This document shows positions 48,376 through 60,736 of a stretch of 64,000 nucleotides of DNA, one piece after another. A program made the translations under genes and the position numbers. Within the stretch, counting starts at the first letter, position 1, and every line of letters begins with the position of its first letter. Source of the stretch: Podospora anserina (Eukaryota); contig CM030334.1 in assembly GCA_017654855.1 (NCBI GenBank), positions 2,604,001-2,668,000 on the forward strand, in the 5' to 3' direction. Below the pieces are notes generated by a model. It was not told the origin of the DNA. It saw only the letters and a list, made by a program, of their open reading frames with translations, and did not search any database.

Positions 48376-48451
48376 CTCTCTTATTTTCAGGATACATAAT
48401 AACGCTCACATATAATCATTACCCACAGCCAGCCCTTCCCCATTGCCCTGT

Positions 48452-49648
48452 CTACTTGCTAGTATCAACCACATACCTCCCCACAATCTTGCCCTCCTCC
48501 ATCATCTGGTACACCTCGCCCAGCTGGCTCAACCCAACAGTCTTATACGGCACCTTGATCAAACCCCTCTGGAAGAAGTCCAACGCCTCGGCCGTATCCT
48601 GCCTGTTGCCCACGTAGCTCCCCTTGATAGTAATCATCCTAAGCACGGTATCAAACACAGGCGCCTTGAGATACGCCCCCGCAGGCAACCCAATGCAAAC
48701 AACTGCCCCCCTACTCCTGACATACTCGGTCGCCTGCTGGAACGGCTTCTCCGACACAGCCAACAACAACACAGCATGCGGCCCCAACCCATCGGGCGTC
48801 GCAGCTTTGACCTCCTCAACCAAATCCTTGGACGCCATAAAATCAACGTAGGCACTCCCCCCCAGTTTCTTGACACTCTCCCCCTTTTCATTCCCGCCAT
48901 CAATCCCAATAACATGCACTCCCATAGCCTTGGCGTATTGCACCGCCATACTCCCCAACCCGCCACCCGCTCCAACAACAGCAACCCACTGGCCTGGTCT
49001 CACTCCTGATTCCTTTAATCCCTTGTATACCGTAATCCCGGCGCAGAGCACAGGAGCCACCTCCTCAAGATCAACACCCTCAGGAATCCGCGCGATGTGC
49101 GCAGCCTTGGCGATGGCATACTGCTGGAACGACCCGTCGACCGTGTACCCCGACAAGAGGGCAGACTGGCAGAGGGGCTCGTCAGATTGTTGGCAAAAGG
49201 AGCAGGAGAGGCACGAGCCGTTGAGCCATTTGATGCCTGCTGCGTCGCCTAGCTTGATGTCGTCGGCGACTAGGGAGCCTTTTTTCACGACGATGCCGGC
49301 GCCTTCATGGCCGCCGACGAGGGGGATTTTAGTGGGGATTGGCCTGGAGGGGAAGATTTGTTAGCTTTGTTTTGGGGAATGGGGAGAGTGAAGGTTGGGG
49401 GGGAACATACCAGTCACCCTTCATGGCGTGGAGGTCGGTGTGGCAGACGCCGGAGTACTTTACGTTGATGAGGACCTCATCTGGGCCAGGGGAGGGGACG
49501 GGGATTTTCTTGTAGACGGCGGCTGGGGGCGCGGGATGTTAGTTGTGGTTGTCAAGACCTAGGTGGGGATGGGGATGGGAAACGTACGGCCGCCGGGGGC
49601 TTCGACTACTTGGGCCCATTGCTCGGTTGGGATGTCGTAGGTTGTCAT
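48452..49648 (-). CDS. ADH1: Zn-dependent alcohol dehydrogenase, ADH1 type (~354 aa)
   Basis: Exons 49648-49588, 49522-49411 and 49343-48452. Motifs [17 protein letters not shown], structural-Zn C..C..C...C, GAGGGLG and GSYVGNR.D. Confidence 0.95.
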
Positions 49649-50083
49649 CTTGAACAGACTCTTTCTCTTTCTTCTCTGAAAATAGTGGTTGGCGTTTGAG
49701 TATGGGATAGGTTGGTTCTGATGAAATCAAAGTTGAACTGTGATGTACAAAATGAGGTAACCGTGTGACCTTTATATACACTTGTGTCCCAGTCACCCCC
49801 TCACGAAATGAGGAGACCACCTGCGGTCCAGACACGAGATCTGCTGCATCATCGAAGCTTTTTCCTTGCCTGCGAGGGGGGCGGGAAAGTGCTGTCAGGG
49901 AAAAACGTATGATCTTTTCCTTTGTTACCAAACCGGGGCTAACTACAGGGAGGTGGAAGGCCCTTTCCAGAATCAGACATAGTGGAAGGCTTGTTTCTGT
50001 GAGGCTGTAATGCACTGTTACCCTCCTCTTAACATCATGCCGTAGAAAAAAAGACCGAGTGATCTCCGCCTGGAAGCTCTGCT

Positions 50084-50110
50084 GTTGTTGTTGTTGTTGT
50101 TGTTGTTGTT
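50084..50110. repeat. (GTT)9 microsatellite in the ADH promoter region
   Basis: Directly visible. Confidence 0.88.
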
Positions 50111-51349
50111 TTTACGAGGAAGCAAAACTGACTGGTGTTTATCCCCGGAAGATCACGCCTGCACCAAACGTCATGGAACCACAATTTTTATGTGTCTAAA
50201 TCCTCTGCTACCCAAAACTGTTGATCAACTTGTCCTTAGAAGCCGTTATTTTGTCGAATTAAAACCTTGCCCCTAAAAAACTGAACCGTCAATCGCGGCA
50301 GTCAATATCCAAGTCCACGGACGCAGAAGGTGGTCTGATGTTCTGTCCATCTTGATGATAACCCCCTTCCCCTCGCAGCAAGCCTAGGCCGTTGTGACGT
50401 TCCACACAATGCAGTGTCATGCATGGAAGAAAGGCCTTCCGCTGCCCCGGAACCAAGCGATAGGGCGCTAGAACTACAGCCGCTGCTCGTGTAAGTCGAC
50501 GCCACCACTGTAAACGGCCCGTTCCAAAACAAACCACATCATCATCGCTCCATAGTTCGGATCAAATTCTTAACTCTTATCACGATCACCATCACGTTGT
50601 CATTCAGTCCAGTACCGGATTCCAGTGTCCATCAGGCAGTCAAAACAGCAATCATCTCATGTTCTGGATAGACTCCACCGATCAATTGAATCAACGGAGA
50701 GGGAGTCTACCTTATGATATGAAAGTCGGAGCCGGACCGCCCCGGACAAGGCCGGATATATCGGATCCTCCAAGAATTCTAGACCGGCCGGATTAAACCT
50801 TCCCATAATAAAGTATCACATCGACCAAACACACGATACATAAGAATCAGTCACTTTTCAAAACTTCCCCGCATCACCACCACCATCTAAAATCCCTTCC
50901 CCAGCTTCCGCTTGAGCGAAGGAAGCATCACAAAATGCACTTATATCCGAGGTTATGTATGTCTAACATCGTGACGTCCCAACAGACCCCAAAAAGACAC
51001 TTCCCCCGCATAAAGGATCACGACAAAACGCGGGGTTGAGCCGAAGCTAAACAGCCCCCAGATCGTCAAAAGATTGCCGAGCTGGGAACTCGGTAGTCTG
51101 GAAAGCAGCTGAGACTGCCCGGTCCATATCAAACGGCCTGGGGGTTGCGCTCGGGGGGCGGAGACGCCGGCTTGGTGGCCATCCCGAAAGCCGGGTTCCA
51201 CCACTTCAAGGTCACTTGGTCTAAAAATCAACAAATAAATGAATAAAAAACATGTCTTTCCTATCTCTTTTGGGCGCCGCCGTCCCGCAGAAACGCAACC
51301 GCCCTCTCCAAAAACATCGCTTGCTTTTACTACAAAAAAACACCATACT

Positions 51350-52948
51350 CTAAGAGCCTGCAGGGCCACCCAACAGCGCAAATCTCCGAACAATACTTGG
51401 GCCATATTCTTGGTACTGTAAGACGGTTAGCCATCATTGCTCGACATATATGGTCAGTATGAGGGACACATACCTCCGCCTTGGTGTGGCAGTAGGATCG
51501 GAACTCGGGTGTTTGACCAAGCAAACTGCCACCAAACCAGGGGCCGTGCCTTTGTCGCTTGTGCGTGATGACTTGGACATCAAGACCACCGCTCTTGGCT
51601 CCACCGCTGCGAGCCTCGCTGGCCCGAATTCTGGCATCCACCAACTGCTTGATATCACGCTGTAATCTGCGACCAAAGTCCTTGTAGAGTGTGCTACCAC
51701 CAGAGAGCACAATGTTCTTGTAGAGACCGCGGCGCACATCGATAGGGGATGACTGGATGACGCCATCCACCACCACGGGAAGGGGAGTCAAAAAGTCGGA
51801 CGAGTAGATTTCGGGGTTGAAGAAGATTTCAGGAGCAAGGAAGCGCTCGTAACCAACATCGACAGTCGCTTGGCGACCGCCGGGGTGCGCAACAACGTGC
51901 TCCATGAAGCGACTGCGGTCACGATCGAAGCGGTCAAACTCCTTGACAATGTCGGGGCACACATAGCAGTACTGCTCCTTGATCTCCTGCGCCGTCTTGA
52001 GCGACGAGTCGGGCTCGCCGCGGTCTCTCAGGAGTGACTGGACAAAGTAGGTGATGTCGCGTCCAGCAATGGGAATAGACTTGATCGATGATCCAATAAC
52101 ATAGCCCTCGGCCACGGGGATGACGTGGGTGACACCGTCACCCGAGTCAATAACAGTACCGGTCAGGGATCGGTCGGTGACCTTGGATGAGGTCCAGGAG
52201 GCAGCAAGAGCCAACACGGCCTGAACGGCAATATATAGACCGGCGCAGTTGAAAGACTCGAAGAAAATCTCGGCCGTGTTTTCACGATTTTCGGGGGGGT
52301 TCAGGGGTGGTTCGGTGAGGAGGAAGTGATGATCCTCAGGCTCGACTCTCAAATATTTAAAGATGGAGTTGGACCAAAATCTCTCCATGTGATCCTGGGT
52401 ATCCTCGTATTAGCATTGTGCTTCCTCTTCCAACCCGATGCGACTAGACCCACCCAGTTCTCTATTTGACCGTGTCGGATTGGGTAGTGCAGCCCGTAAC
52501 CGGGGCCAGAAGAGGCGGCGATGGCTTCGTCGCCAATAAAGTAATCGAGGTCCTCAGTGCCGCGCTTGGCCGAGAGATGGCCGGTCGGACCAGCACCGCC
52601 GGTGAGGAAAGAGGGCTTGTTCGCTACGGCCGGACGGCCAGAGCCAGACCCGGCGCTACCGGCAGCGGCCTTGGTCGCGATGGCGGTCGGGAAAACGAAG
52701 GACGGGGAATCATTGCCGGCAAAACCTGGGCAGAGCCGGTCAGATGTTGTTTACGAGAAGGATGTTACCGGTCGATACCCGAAGCTACGAACCTAACTTG
52801 GAGAAGCCAGTGCCGCTGCGCGCATGATGTTAGTGACGATGACCTTCAAGCTGGGAGCTGGCTGCTACCTGGACTGGGAAGAGCGGGGCTTGATTTAAGG
52901 GGCTGCGACGTACTTGTCCATGACAACGGCCGGCGTTTGGTTTGCCAT
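51350..52948 (-). CDS. ARP3: Actin-related protein 3 (Arp2/3 complex), ~438 aa
   Basis: Exons 52948-52914, 52815-52793 (23 nt), 52725-52454, 52394-51474 and 51415-51350. Motifs [43 protein letters not shown] and DSGDGVTH. Confidence 0.96.
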
Positions 52949-54058
52949 GTTTGCGATGGGGTTGCGGCCGAATGCAGCTCGTGTGTTGAAGAATCAAGTG
53001 TTGCTTTGCGGAACGGGAATGGGAATTGGGGGATCGTGAGCCGGACGTCGAAGGTGGCAGGCAGTCGGCGCCCAGTGGAGGTTGGAGGTCCAAGATTACG
53101 TCTCGCCAGCAGCGAGCTCCATCCATGTTGCGGTGGCTCTGCGGCTGTGCGCCAAGAGAGAGCCCCGCCAGACTATGGCGGTCAACAGAAGCTCTTGTGA
53201 CAAAACCTCTCTGGCTCTCTTTCCCCTCAACATTTAACTCCAGTGTCACTCTCACCTTCTGGGTAATGGTCTCGAATGTCTAGCCAAGAGCTTCAAGATA
53301 TTGTTAGAAGATGGCAGGTCCAAGTTCCTGAGCCTTGTTTTCATGGCATGGCTTTCAGAGGTCATCTTAAAGGATCCTCGTCTCAATGTCAATCAATCAT
53401 GATTCGTTGTGGTTGCAGTCCCCAACATCCGCCAGGTCGGCTCCAAATCCAAAAAGCTCCGCAGTAAACATTTGGCAAGCGCCATGAAGCTCTCACCGTC
53501 CACATAACCCAAGAAGCAACCACCACCCCAGGAAACCACCTTCCTCCCGCCATTTGCACACCCTGACGTAGATCCGAAGACGCCCGGGAATCTGTGATTT
53601 GGTCAACTCTTGGAAATCACCAACTACTGCATCTTCTTCGTCCATCAACCGTCCACCTCAAAACACCTCCTTTCCGCTGTCCTGAGTTTGTCTCAAACCA
53701 CCGGCAAACCAAACCAAATTTATTTATCACAGCACCCTTATACAGCATCGTTTGTGTCCATTGCCTATCGTCCCACTAAAGACCGAACCTTCCCGTCTCC
53801 ATCCATCGTCGCGCCCCTGGCCCGCTCACGATCACCGTCCTGCCTCTTGCTCACCCTCACATGTATCCATGACAGGACTTTAGCGTCGCCACACGCCCTC
53901 TTTACCCCGGACTACAATCCCCCCCGTTTTGACTTTCCACCTCGCCTCTGCTCGCACGCCGGTCCTAAATCCTACGACAATCAACACGCCCTATCGGGTC
54001 GCCATATCTCGCAGAACCCGTGGTATAAGGCGGGGGGGGGCCTTTACGTCTCGCGACG

Positions 54059-55896
54059 ATGCAACGCAGCTCAAGTAGCCCCGAACTCTCACCAATATCC
54101 TCTGGAGATGGGGCTGCCGACCGGGTCTGGAGGAGGAAACAGCCCCAGCCGGTTGCTGCGATCTTTATCCATGCTGGTGCCGGTTACCACAGCGTTGCCA
54201 ATGAACATGTGCATCTCAGTGCATGTAGCGAGTAAGCCCTGTTCGTCCTAGGTCTATGCTCTCACATAGCAGGTATACTGATTGTCGAGCATAGAGCGGC
54301 CAAGCTGGGCATGAGCTTTCTGAGAGCTGGTGCTTCTGCTACCCAAGCCGTGGAAGCTGCTATCAAATACCTCGAGGACAGGGAAATCACCAATGCTGGC
54401 TTCGGCAGCAACTTGACCATGGACGGCATTGTCGAGTGTGATGCGACTGTGGTAGACCACTTGGGAAGAAGCGGTGCCTGCGGTGCCGTTCCTGGTATGA
54501 TGTGCTCACATAGCTACCACGGGAGACTTGAACTAACTCGACGATAGGAGTGCGAAATCCTATATCTCTAGCCAAACTAATTCTTGACGCAAGCAGTCGT
54601 CCTCTGTCACTCCGCCGAGTTCCACCAAACATCCTTGTTGGAGAGGGTGCCAGAGAGTTCGGGATAGAACATGGCATGCCCCAAGTCCCCAACGAGCAAC
54701 TGGTTTCGAAGAATGCCAAGGACAGATATCTCCGCTGGAACGAGGACTTAAAACGGGCAGAAGCCAAACTGCACCCCTCGAATCATTTTTCTGGCAGGAC
54801 TGCTGAAAAGTCCAGCGCTGGAGACTACGAACAGGCCGCCGACCCTGCTGGCCAGTCGTCGGGGCGAGATCACACCAATGCAATCTTGACGGGAACTTGG
54901 AATGAAGGTCAACCTGACTCCCCTCATATCCCCGGCACGCCCTTGGGAGAGAATGGATCACCGGCAGGCACTGCGGTTACCACTGCGCGGTCGACTCCCA
55001 GCAGCTCGTCCAGGTCCTCATCGTACACCCTGCGAACCCCAAATCCTTTGAGCTACGTCAGTGCCGCCTTTCAAGGGCGCTCGAGGCCATCTCAAAAGCG
55101 GCCCAAAGTACGGAAAAGCGTGAGTGATGATGCCGCCGCCTTCCTCACGCCGCTCACAGGGACGAACAAAGCACCATCCCCGGCCGCTTCGGCACACGAC
55201 GGTTCGGTAAGCACTGCGGAGAGCGATAGAGGCGATATCTCTGACGACGGAGAGAAAAAAGAAGAGGAGAAACAGCCTCTGCCAATTCTTGCTGGCACCA
55301 AACGTAGCCGAGAATTCGGTAGCGGCGATGAGGATTTCGTAACAGACACGGTCGGCGCCATCGCCATTGATAACAGGGGTCACATTGCAGCAGGATCTTC
55401 TTCTGGGGGTATTGGAATGAAGCATCGCGGCCGAATTGGGCCTGCTGCCCTCGTCGGCATTGGTACCGCTGTTGTGCCGGAGGACCCCGAAGACGAAATG
55501 GCGACCTCGGTAGCTGCTGTCACCAGCGGGACAGGCGAACACATGGCCACGTGCATTGCCTCTGCCAAGTGTGCTGAGCGTCTGTTTCACTGTACCCGGC
55601 GCGGACCTAGTGGCCAAGATATTGAAGAGCTGGATGAGTCTGCCCTGATGGAGTCCTTCATTGTCAACGACTTTATGGGGCATCCTGGAGTGCGGAACCA
55701 GCCCTCGGCTGGAGCGATTGGGGTCATGGCTGTCAAGAAGGACCTGTCGGGAATTTCCTTTTATTTCGCGCACAATACCGACTCATTTGCCTTGTCGGCG
55801 ATGGCGGCGACAGACCAACAACCAACATGTACGATGTCCCGGCTGAGTAAAGCTCATGGGGTGGCGCAGGGTGCGAGGAGGATGAGGTATGACTGA
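54059..55896 (+). CDS. Taspase-1-like threonine aspartase (type 2 asparaginase family), ~573 aa
   Basis: Exons 54059-54231, 54295-54494 and 54548-55896. Motifs IFIHAGAGYH, LED..ITNAGFGSNL, D|TVGAIAID (autocleavage and Thr nucleophile), SSGGIGMKH.GRIGPAA and TSGTGEH. Confidence 0.9.
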
Positions 55897-56441
55897 CTGG
55901 GGAGTTTTCGTTTGCATAAACGCAAGAAGCTGTTGTCGAGATGGAAGAGGGTACCTATTTTGCATTCCCGTTGGAAAGGCATAGCATAGATAAATCATGG
56001 CGATGGATGGGATACGGTAGCTAGACTGTCATTGCAAGGGCGGTCATGTCCAGAGAGTCTTGTAGACAGGAGGCTTTAAAATAAAAGGATATCCAAGCTC
56101 TTTCAATTTTGGATTGTGCAGGTGATACTCCGTGATGACATTCATTCAGTACTCCCTACATAACTCGCCATCGTTAGATACCTGCAAGCCAACAAACAAC
56201 CACGGCTCATACTAGTACAACAGATACATAAAGAACACATCTTGGTCCCCTTTCTTATTTAGACCAGGTATGCCCCTTCCATCTCTTGAGATTATCGAGA
56301 AAAAGAATAAGCCGAAATAACGACACACCCTGCTACAACCATGTCTACCTATGCTCTGTTTGCATTTTCATCTCATGATAATACACACCTTTGCTTTCCA
56401 ATTTATTTATTTTTTAAAAAAAAATCATTACCACCGTCCCA

Positions 56442-58700
56442 CTAAAGCTCACTCAACTCCCTCACCCTCCTCTCCAACTCGGGCACCTGCCTCAGCAGCA
56501 CCTCCAAATCCTCCTTCTCATCCTCCAGCTTCATTCTTTTGTCCGCATCCAGCCTCGTAAAGACAAAGTGCCCCTGCCCGTCAAACTGCAAAATGTGCGT
56601 GTGGTACTTCCACAAGCTCCTCCGATGACTTACCGTCATGAGCGTGATCCCCAGCGCCTTGGCATTGTCGTACATGACCTTTTCCGTGTCGAGCGTCACT
56701 GAGCTGGTACACTCATCCAAAATGGCATATTTAGGGCGGTGGTAAAACAGCCTGGCCATTGCCACCCTCTGCTGTAGCCCGCCAGACAAGACGTCGCGCC
56801 ACTCGGCTTCCGCGTCCCAGCCTTCGGGGTAGAGGTCGATCAGGTGTTCCAGAGATAGAATTTTCAGGATGGACAAGAGATCGGAGTCGGTCACGCCTTT
56901 GGAGCGCATGGTGCGGAGGCCGTCGGGGTAGATGATTTGTTGGCGGAGGGAGCCGCGGGAGAGGTAAGGGCGTTGGGGGATGTAAAAGATGTCTGTGAAG
57001 GGGGGTTTGTGGACTGTCCCGCCGTATACGGGCCATAACCCGCCGAGGATGCGGAAAAGGGAGGATTTGCCGCAGCCGTTGGGGCCGACGACCAACAGGT
57101 GGTCGCCCGGGGTGAGTTTGAAGGTTAGGGCTGGGACGAGGACGTCGCCGTTGGGGGAGATGATGGGTCTGAAAAGGTTAGTGGGGGGGACGAAAAGAAA
57201 AGGAGGTGGGGGTGGGGGGGGGACTTACACATCGATAAACTCAATGTTGCTGCTCTCAACAACCTTGCCTCTTCCCTTGAGGACAGCCTCGTTGTTTTCG
57301 GTGCCCGAGCTAGACACAAGCTTCTTCTCAAAGTGCCCCGCCTGAATATCATCCATGACTTCCAACAGTGACGACACGCGGGAGGTGTAACCCGCCAACT
57401 CCATGATTTCCCTGTAGGAGAACATGATGCGCCCAAAGGCATCCGACGCCGACAGCAACATGCGACGGTTGGTCACAAAGGTCTCAGTCCTGTCACCCAT
57501 GTTCATCGTCACTTGGCCAGGGAGCTTCACAAAGACAGGAACACTGCACAGCAGCAACCCGAGCGCGCCCCAAAAGTACTTGATGACAAAGTCCTCCATG
57601 AAGCCGTGGTAGAACCGGCGGCGGAGAATGTAGTTGACGTGCTTGATGAGGGTGAAGTAGCCCTTGTCGAGGGTGTCCTTTTCGGCTTCGTGACCGGCGT
57701 ACAGGGCGACTTCCTCGCTGTGGTCTATTAATCTCGAGTGCTGGAAGCGGAACTCGCCTTCGAGTCTGGCTTCGTCGGCCACGTATTTCCCGAATGGGGG
57801 TGTCAACGCACGCATGACGTGCGCTGAGAGCTGGACGAGAAGAGACATGAAGACGACGCCTTCTCCGCCGACAGATTTCGAGAGGGAGAATGTGTAGATT
57901 GTCTGGTCGTGTCAGTCATGTTTACTTTGTATGCAGGCAAATAGGGGGCATACCATGTCGAGAAGGGGCTTGGCCAAGTTGCTGTACAGCTCGGCCAAAC
58001 TATTCGAGAACTTGGCCACATCGACAGCAATAAGCTGATCTGGGTTCTTGATCCGATCATCAAGCGCAGAAATACCATAAAAGGTCAGCTGCGAGAGGTA
58101 CTTGTCATGGATGAACTGCGTCAAGCGTGTCCTGTACCGCAGCGAAAGCTCAGCTTGATGGTACGACAACATCGAGTTGGTAAACGTCGCTGGTACAGCA
58201 ATCAACATCCACCACACAATGCGCATCAAGAACTCCCTTCCGTTGCCCTTCACCAGAGCCTTGACGATCGCACCATCCATCGCCGCCACCTTCAAGCTGA
58301 TGAGCGTCCGCATCACCAAGAAGAAACTGTGGCTGATCAACAGCCTCGTCTCCTTGCTCCTCCATCCTGGCACCACAATCTTCAACAACCTTAGCAACGA
58401 GCGGAAGAACTCCCGGTTCAATTCCACCTTCTTCTTCTTTGTCACCTCTCCATCTGCAGTCGATGTTGTACCAGACTTCTCGGCGCGCTTTGTCGCCTCT
58501 CGTACCGAGGCAGCCTTTTGCTCCTGGATAGCATGTCGCACCCTGTTTATGAGGGCGACAAAGAGTGTGATGTAGACGGCGCGAGATATACGGGTGCGGT
58601 TTTGGAGGTACATGGACGTCAACTGGCTAACGATGCCACGAATTGTTCGGTCTCGGGCGGCCGCGCTATTGGCGCTCGGCTTCGACATTGTCGGCGCCAT
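56442..58700 (-). CDS. Peroxisomal ABC half-transporter (ABCD / Pxa1-Pxa2 family), ~715 aa
   Basis: Exons 58700-57954, 57902-57229 and 57168-56442. Motifs [14 protein letters not shown]-like [10 protein letters not shown], Walker [16 protein letters not shown] and Walker B AILDECTS. The paralogue is not determined. Confidence 0.94.
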
Positions 58701-59340
58701 TTCGGGCAACGGCGACGGTGGTGGGAAGGCAGAAGTGAGGAGGTCGGGAATAACAATCACGAGTGCGCTGTGGCGGTCATTGGGGATCAAAGGGGGGGTG
58801 TTCTATAAGCCAGCCGTTGGGAGGGGGAACTTGGTTGAAGGAGAACAAAAGACGCGAGTGTGTCTCAGGAACGGACTCGACTCGTAGGTCTCGTAGATAA
58901 TCCTCAAACCGCGTCGGGTATTTTCGAACAGACTCTTGTGATTATTTAGCAATGGTGGTCAAACCCGAGAGACGAAACTCTCTGATGTTCACGGGCTTTT
59001 GCTTGTGGTTCTTGGTCTGGCGCTATCCTCGTGCTGGCGCGGGTCCATTTTCCTCGGTCCTTGCGTCACCCACTTGCTGGAACGGGCAGGCAGTCCGGGT
59101 TATGCTGGCGAGTGGTCGCTGAAGAACCGGCATGTGATTCTCTATTCCGTCTTTATGATTGGCTGTTTGAACCCCCACACTTCTTGGTTTGGCTCAAAAC
59201 CCGGGGAAGAAGAAACTGGGGTAAAAAAATTGGACCCGCCCTCGTTTAACCCCAACTCCCAAGAAACACGTGCTCTCCGGCAACCCTGACCCGGCAGTCG
59301 TCTCATCAAGCACTTACACCACCATGAGACTTGTCCAAAA

Positions 59341-60136
59341 ATGAAGCTATTCACACTCCTTCTCACCACCTTCTCTCTTTTTGTCTCTCCCATCTCGGCA
59401 AACACAGAGAAGACGATATTCATTGCTCCTCCAGCTGTCGACCTCCCAATCAGCGACCAAACCATCACCACCATCCTCACTTCTCTCAACCGCCTCACCC
59501 CCCTCCCCACCAACCAATCCACCCTCCGCACCCTCATCCCGGTATCCTTCCCCACAACCTCCCACCCAACCGGGACAGAATCATGGTACCTCCTCCATGA
59601 CCTCACTCCCGCCCAACGCTACGAAGTGCGAATCTGCTGGGCAGCGACTGTAATCCCCCCCCCCCCACCCCTTATCCCCCCTTACATCCCCCCTCACATC
59701 CCCCCTCACTCACTAACAAAGCCCCCAGCAACCAACCTCCTTCGACCTTCAAACCTTCCCCATCACCGAGATCCCCTCTCTCCCCTCCTTAACCTCCTAC
59801 CTTAATCCCCTATCCCCATCATCATCACCCCCCAAGGACTTAAACAGCCCCCCTACTCGGTCCTCCCTCCTCCTCCTCCGCCTCCTCGCCAAAGCAGACT
59901 TCTACACCACCAACCAAACCCTCATGTCCAACCCACCCCCCGTAGCAGCAGACCTCATCCTCGACCCCTTCCTCCTCAACCTCCTCCCCCGCTCGCTAGC
60001 CCCAACAGCAGGGTACATCATTCTGGTAGCCATAACAAGCTGGTTCCTAGCACGAGGCGTGAGCAGGGCTCTTTCGTCGCTCATCATCGACAGCAACGAC
60101 CGTCAACTCACCAAGGACGAAAAAAAGACACAGTGA
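59341..60136 (+). CDS. PGA1: Pga1-like GPI mannosyltransferase II co-activator (~238 aa)
   Basis: Exons 59341-59649 and 59729-60136. Signal peptide then ANTEKTIF, RYEVRICWAAT|QPTSF, DLILDPFLLNLLPRSL and a C-terminal TM segment with a basic tail. Confidence 0.82.
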
Positions 60137-60736
60137 TTGTTTGTGTTCAGTACTGTCTACACGTAAAAACAAGACACATAGTTAACCCACCCTAATGTTA
60201 ATTCAATTTCTACCACCACAAAAAAAAAACCATAACATTTCGTCATCATACATCTTCGAACTTCGTATCCGGTCTTGACGGACTCACTCAACACAGACAC
60301 CTCAACTCGACTGAAGTACCTATCCTCTACCATCAAAAAGCCATACACAAATACCCTACATACCTCCCAAACCACTTTGCCAAAATATATATACCCCAAA
60401 TCAATCATCTACAAAACAGATCATACAACCAAAGCCAACCACACCGACATGGAAAAAAAATTGGCAAACGAAACAAAAGGCAAAACATTACGCTATGATA
60501 ACATTCAAAAATCTAAGAGTTCTTTGACATAAACAAAAGCAAAGAGTCATGTAAATAGTCTCGGTTTCTTGCTTTTCCCACCTCCTCATTAGAATCCTCA
60601 TCACTCTTCGTCTCCTTTTCCAGTTACCAAAGGGCCGCCCCTTCTACCGTGTCAGCCCCTGAGTTCACCAAGGGAAAAAAAAGATTCTTATCACGGCTTA
60701 CCAGCAAGACTCTGCGTTTCGACACACATCTCCGCC

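Noticed and set aside
55894-55990. TGA-CTG stop context of taspase as a readthrough signal for cryptic peroxisomal targeting
   Set aside because: Not the canonical TGA-CTA context, and the extension ends ...KGIA*, which is not a PTS1.
14912-58700. Apparent functional clustering (ACS, ADH, peroxisomal ABC; or kinesin, CRO1, ARP3)
   Set aside because: The genes are tens of kb apart and interspersed with unrelated housekeeping genes, with no shared regulatory motif seen.
59650-59728. C-rich ~11-bp tandem repeats (CCCCCCTYACAT) in the PGA1 intron, G4-capable on the other strand
   Set aside because: C-run-rich introns occur repeatedly in this window, so this is most simply slippage.
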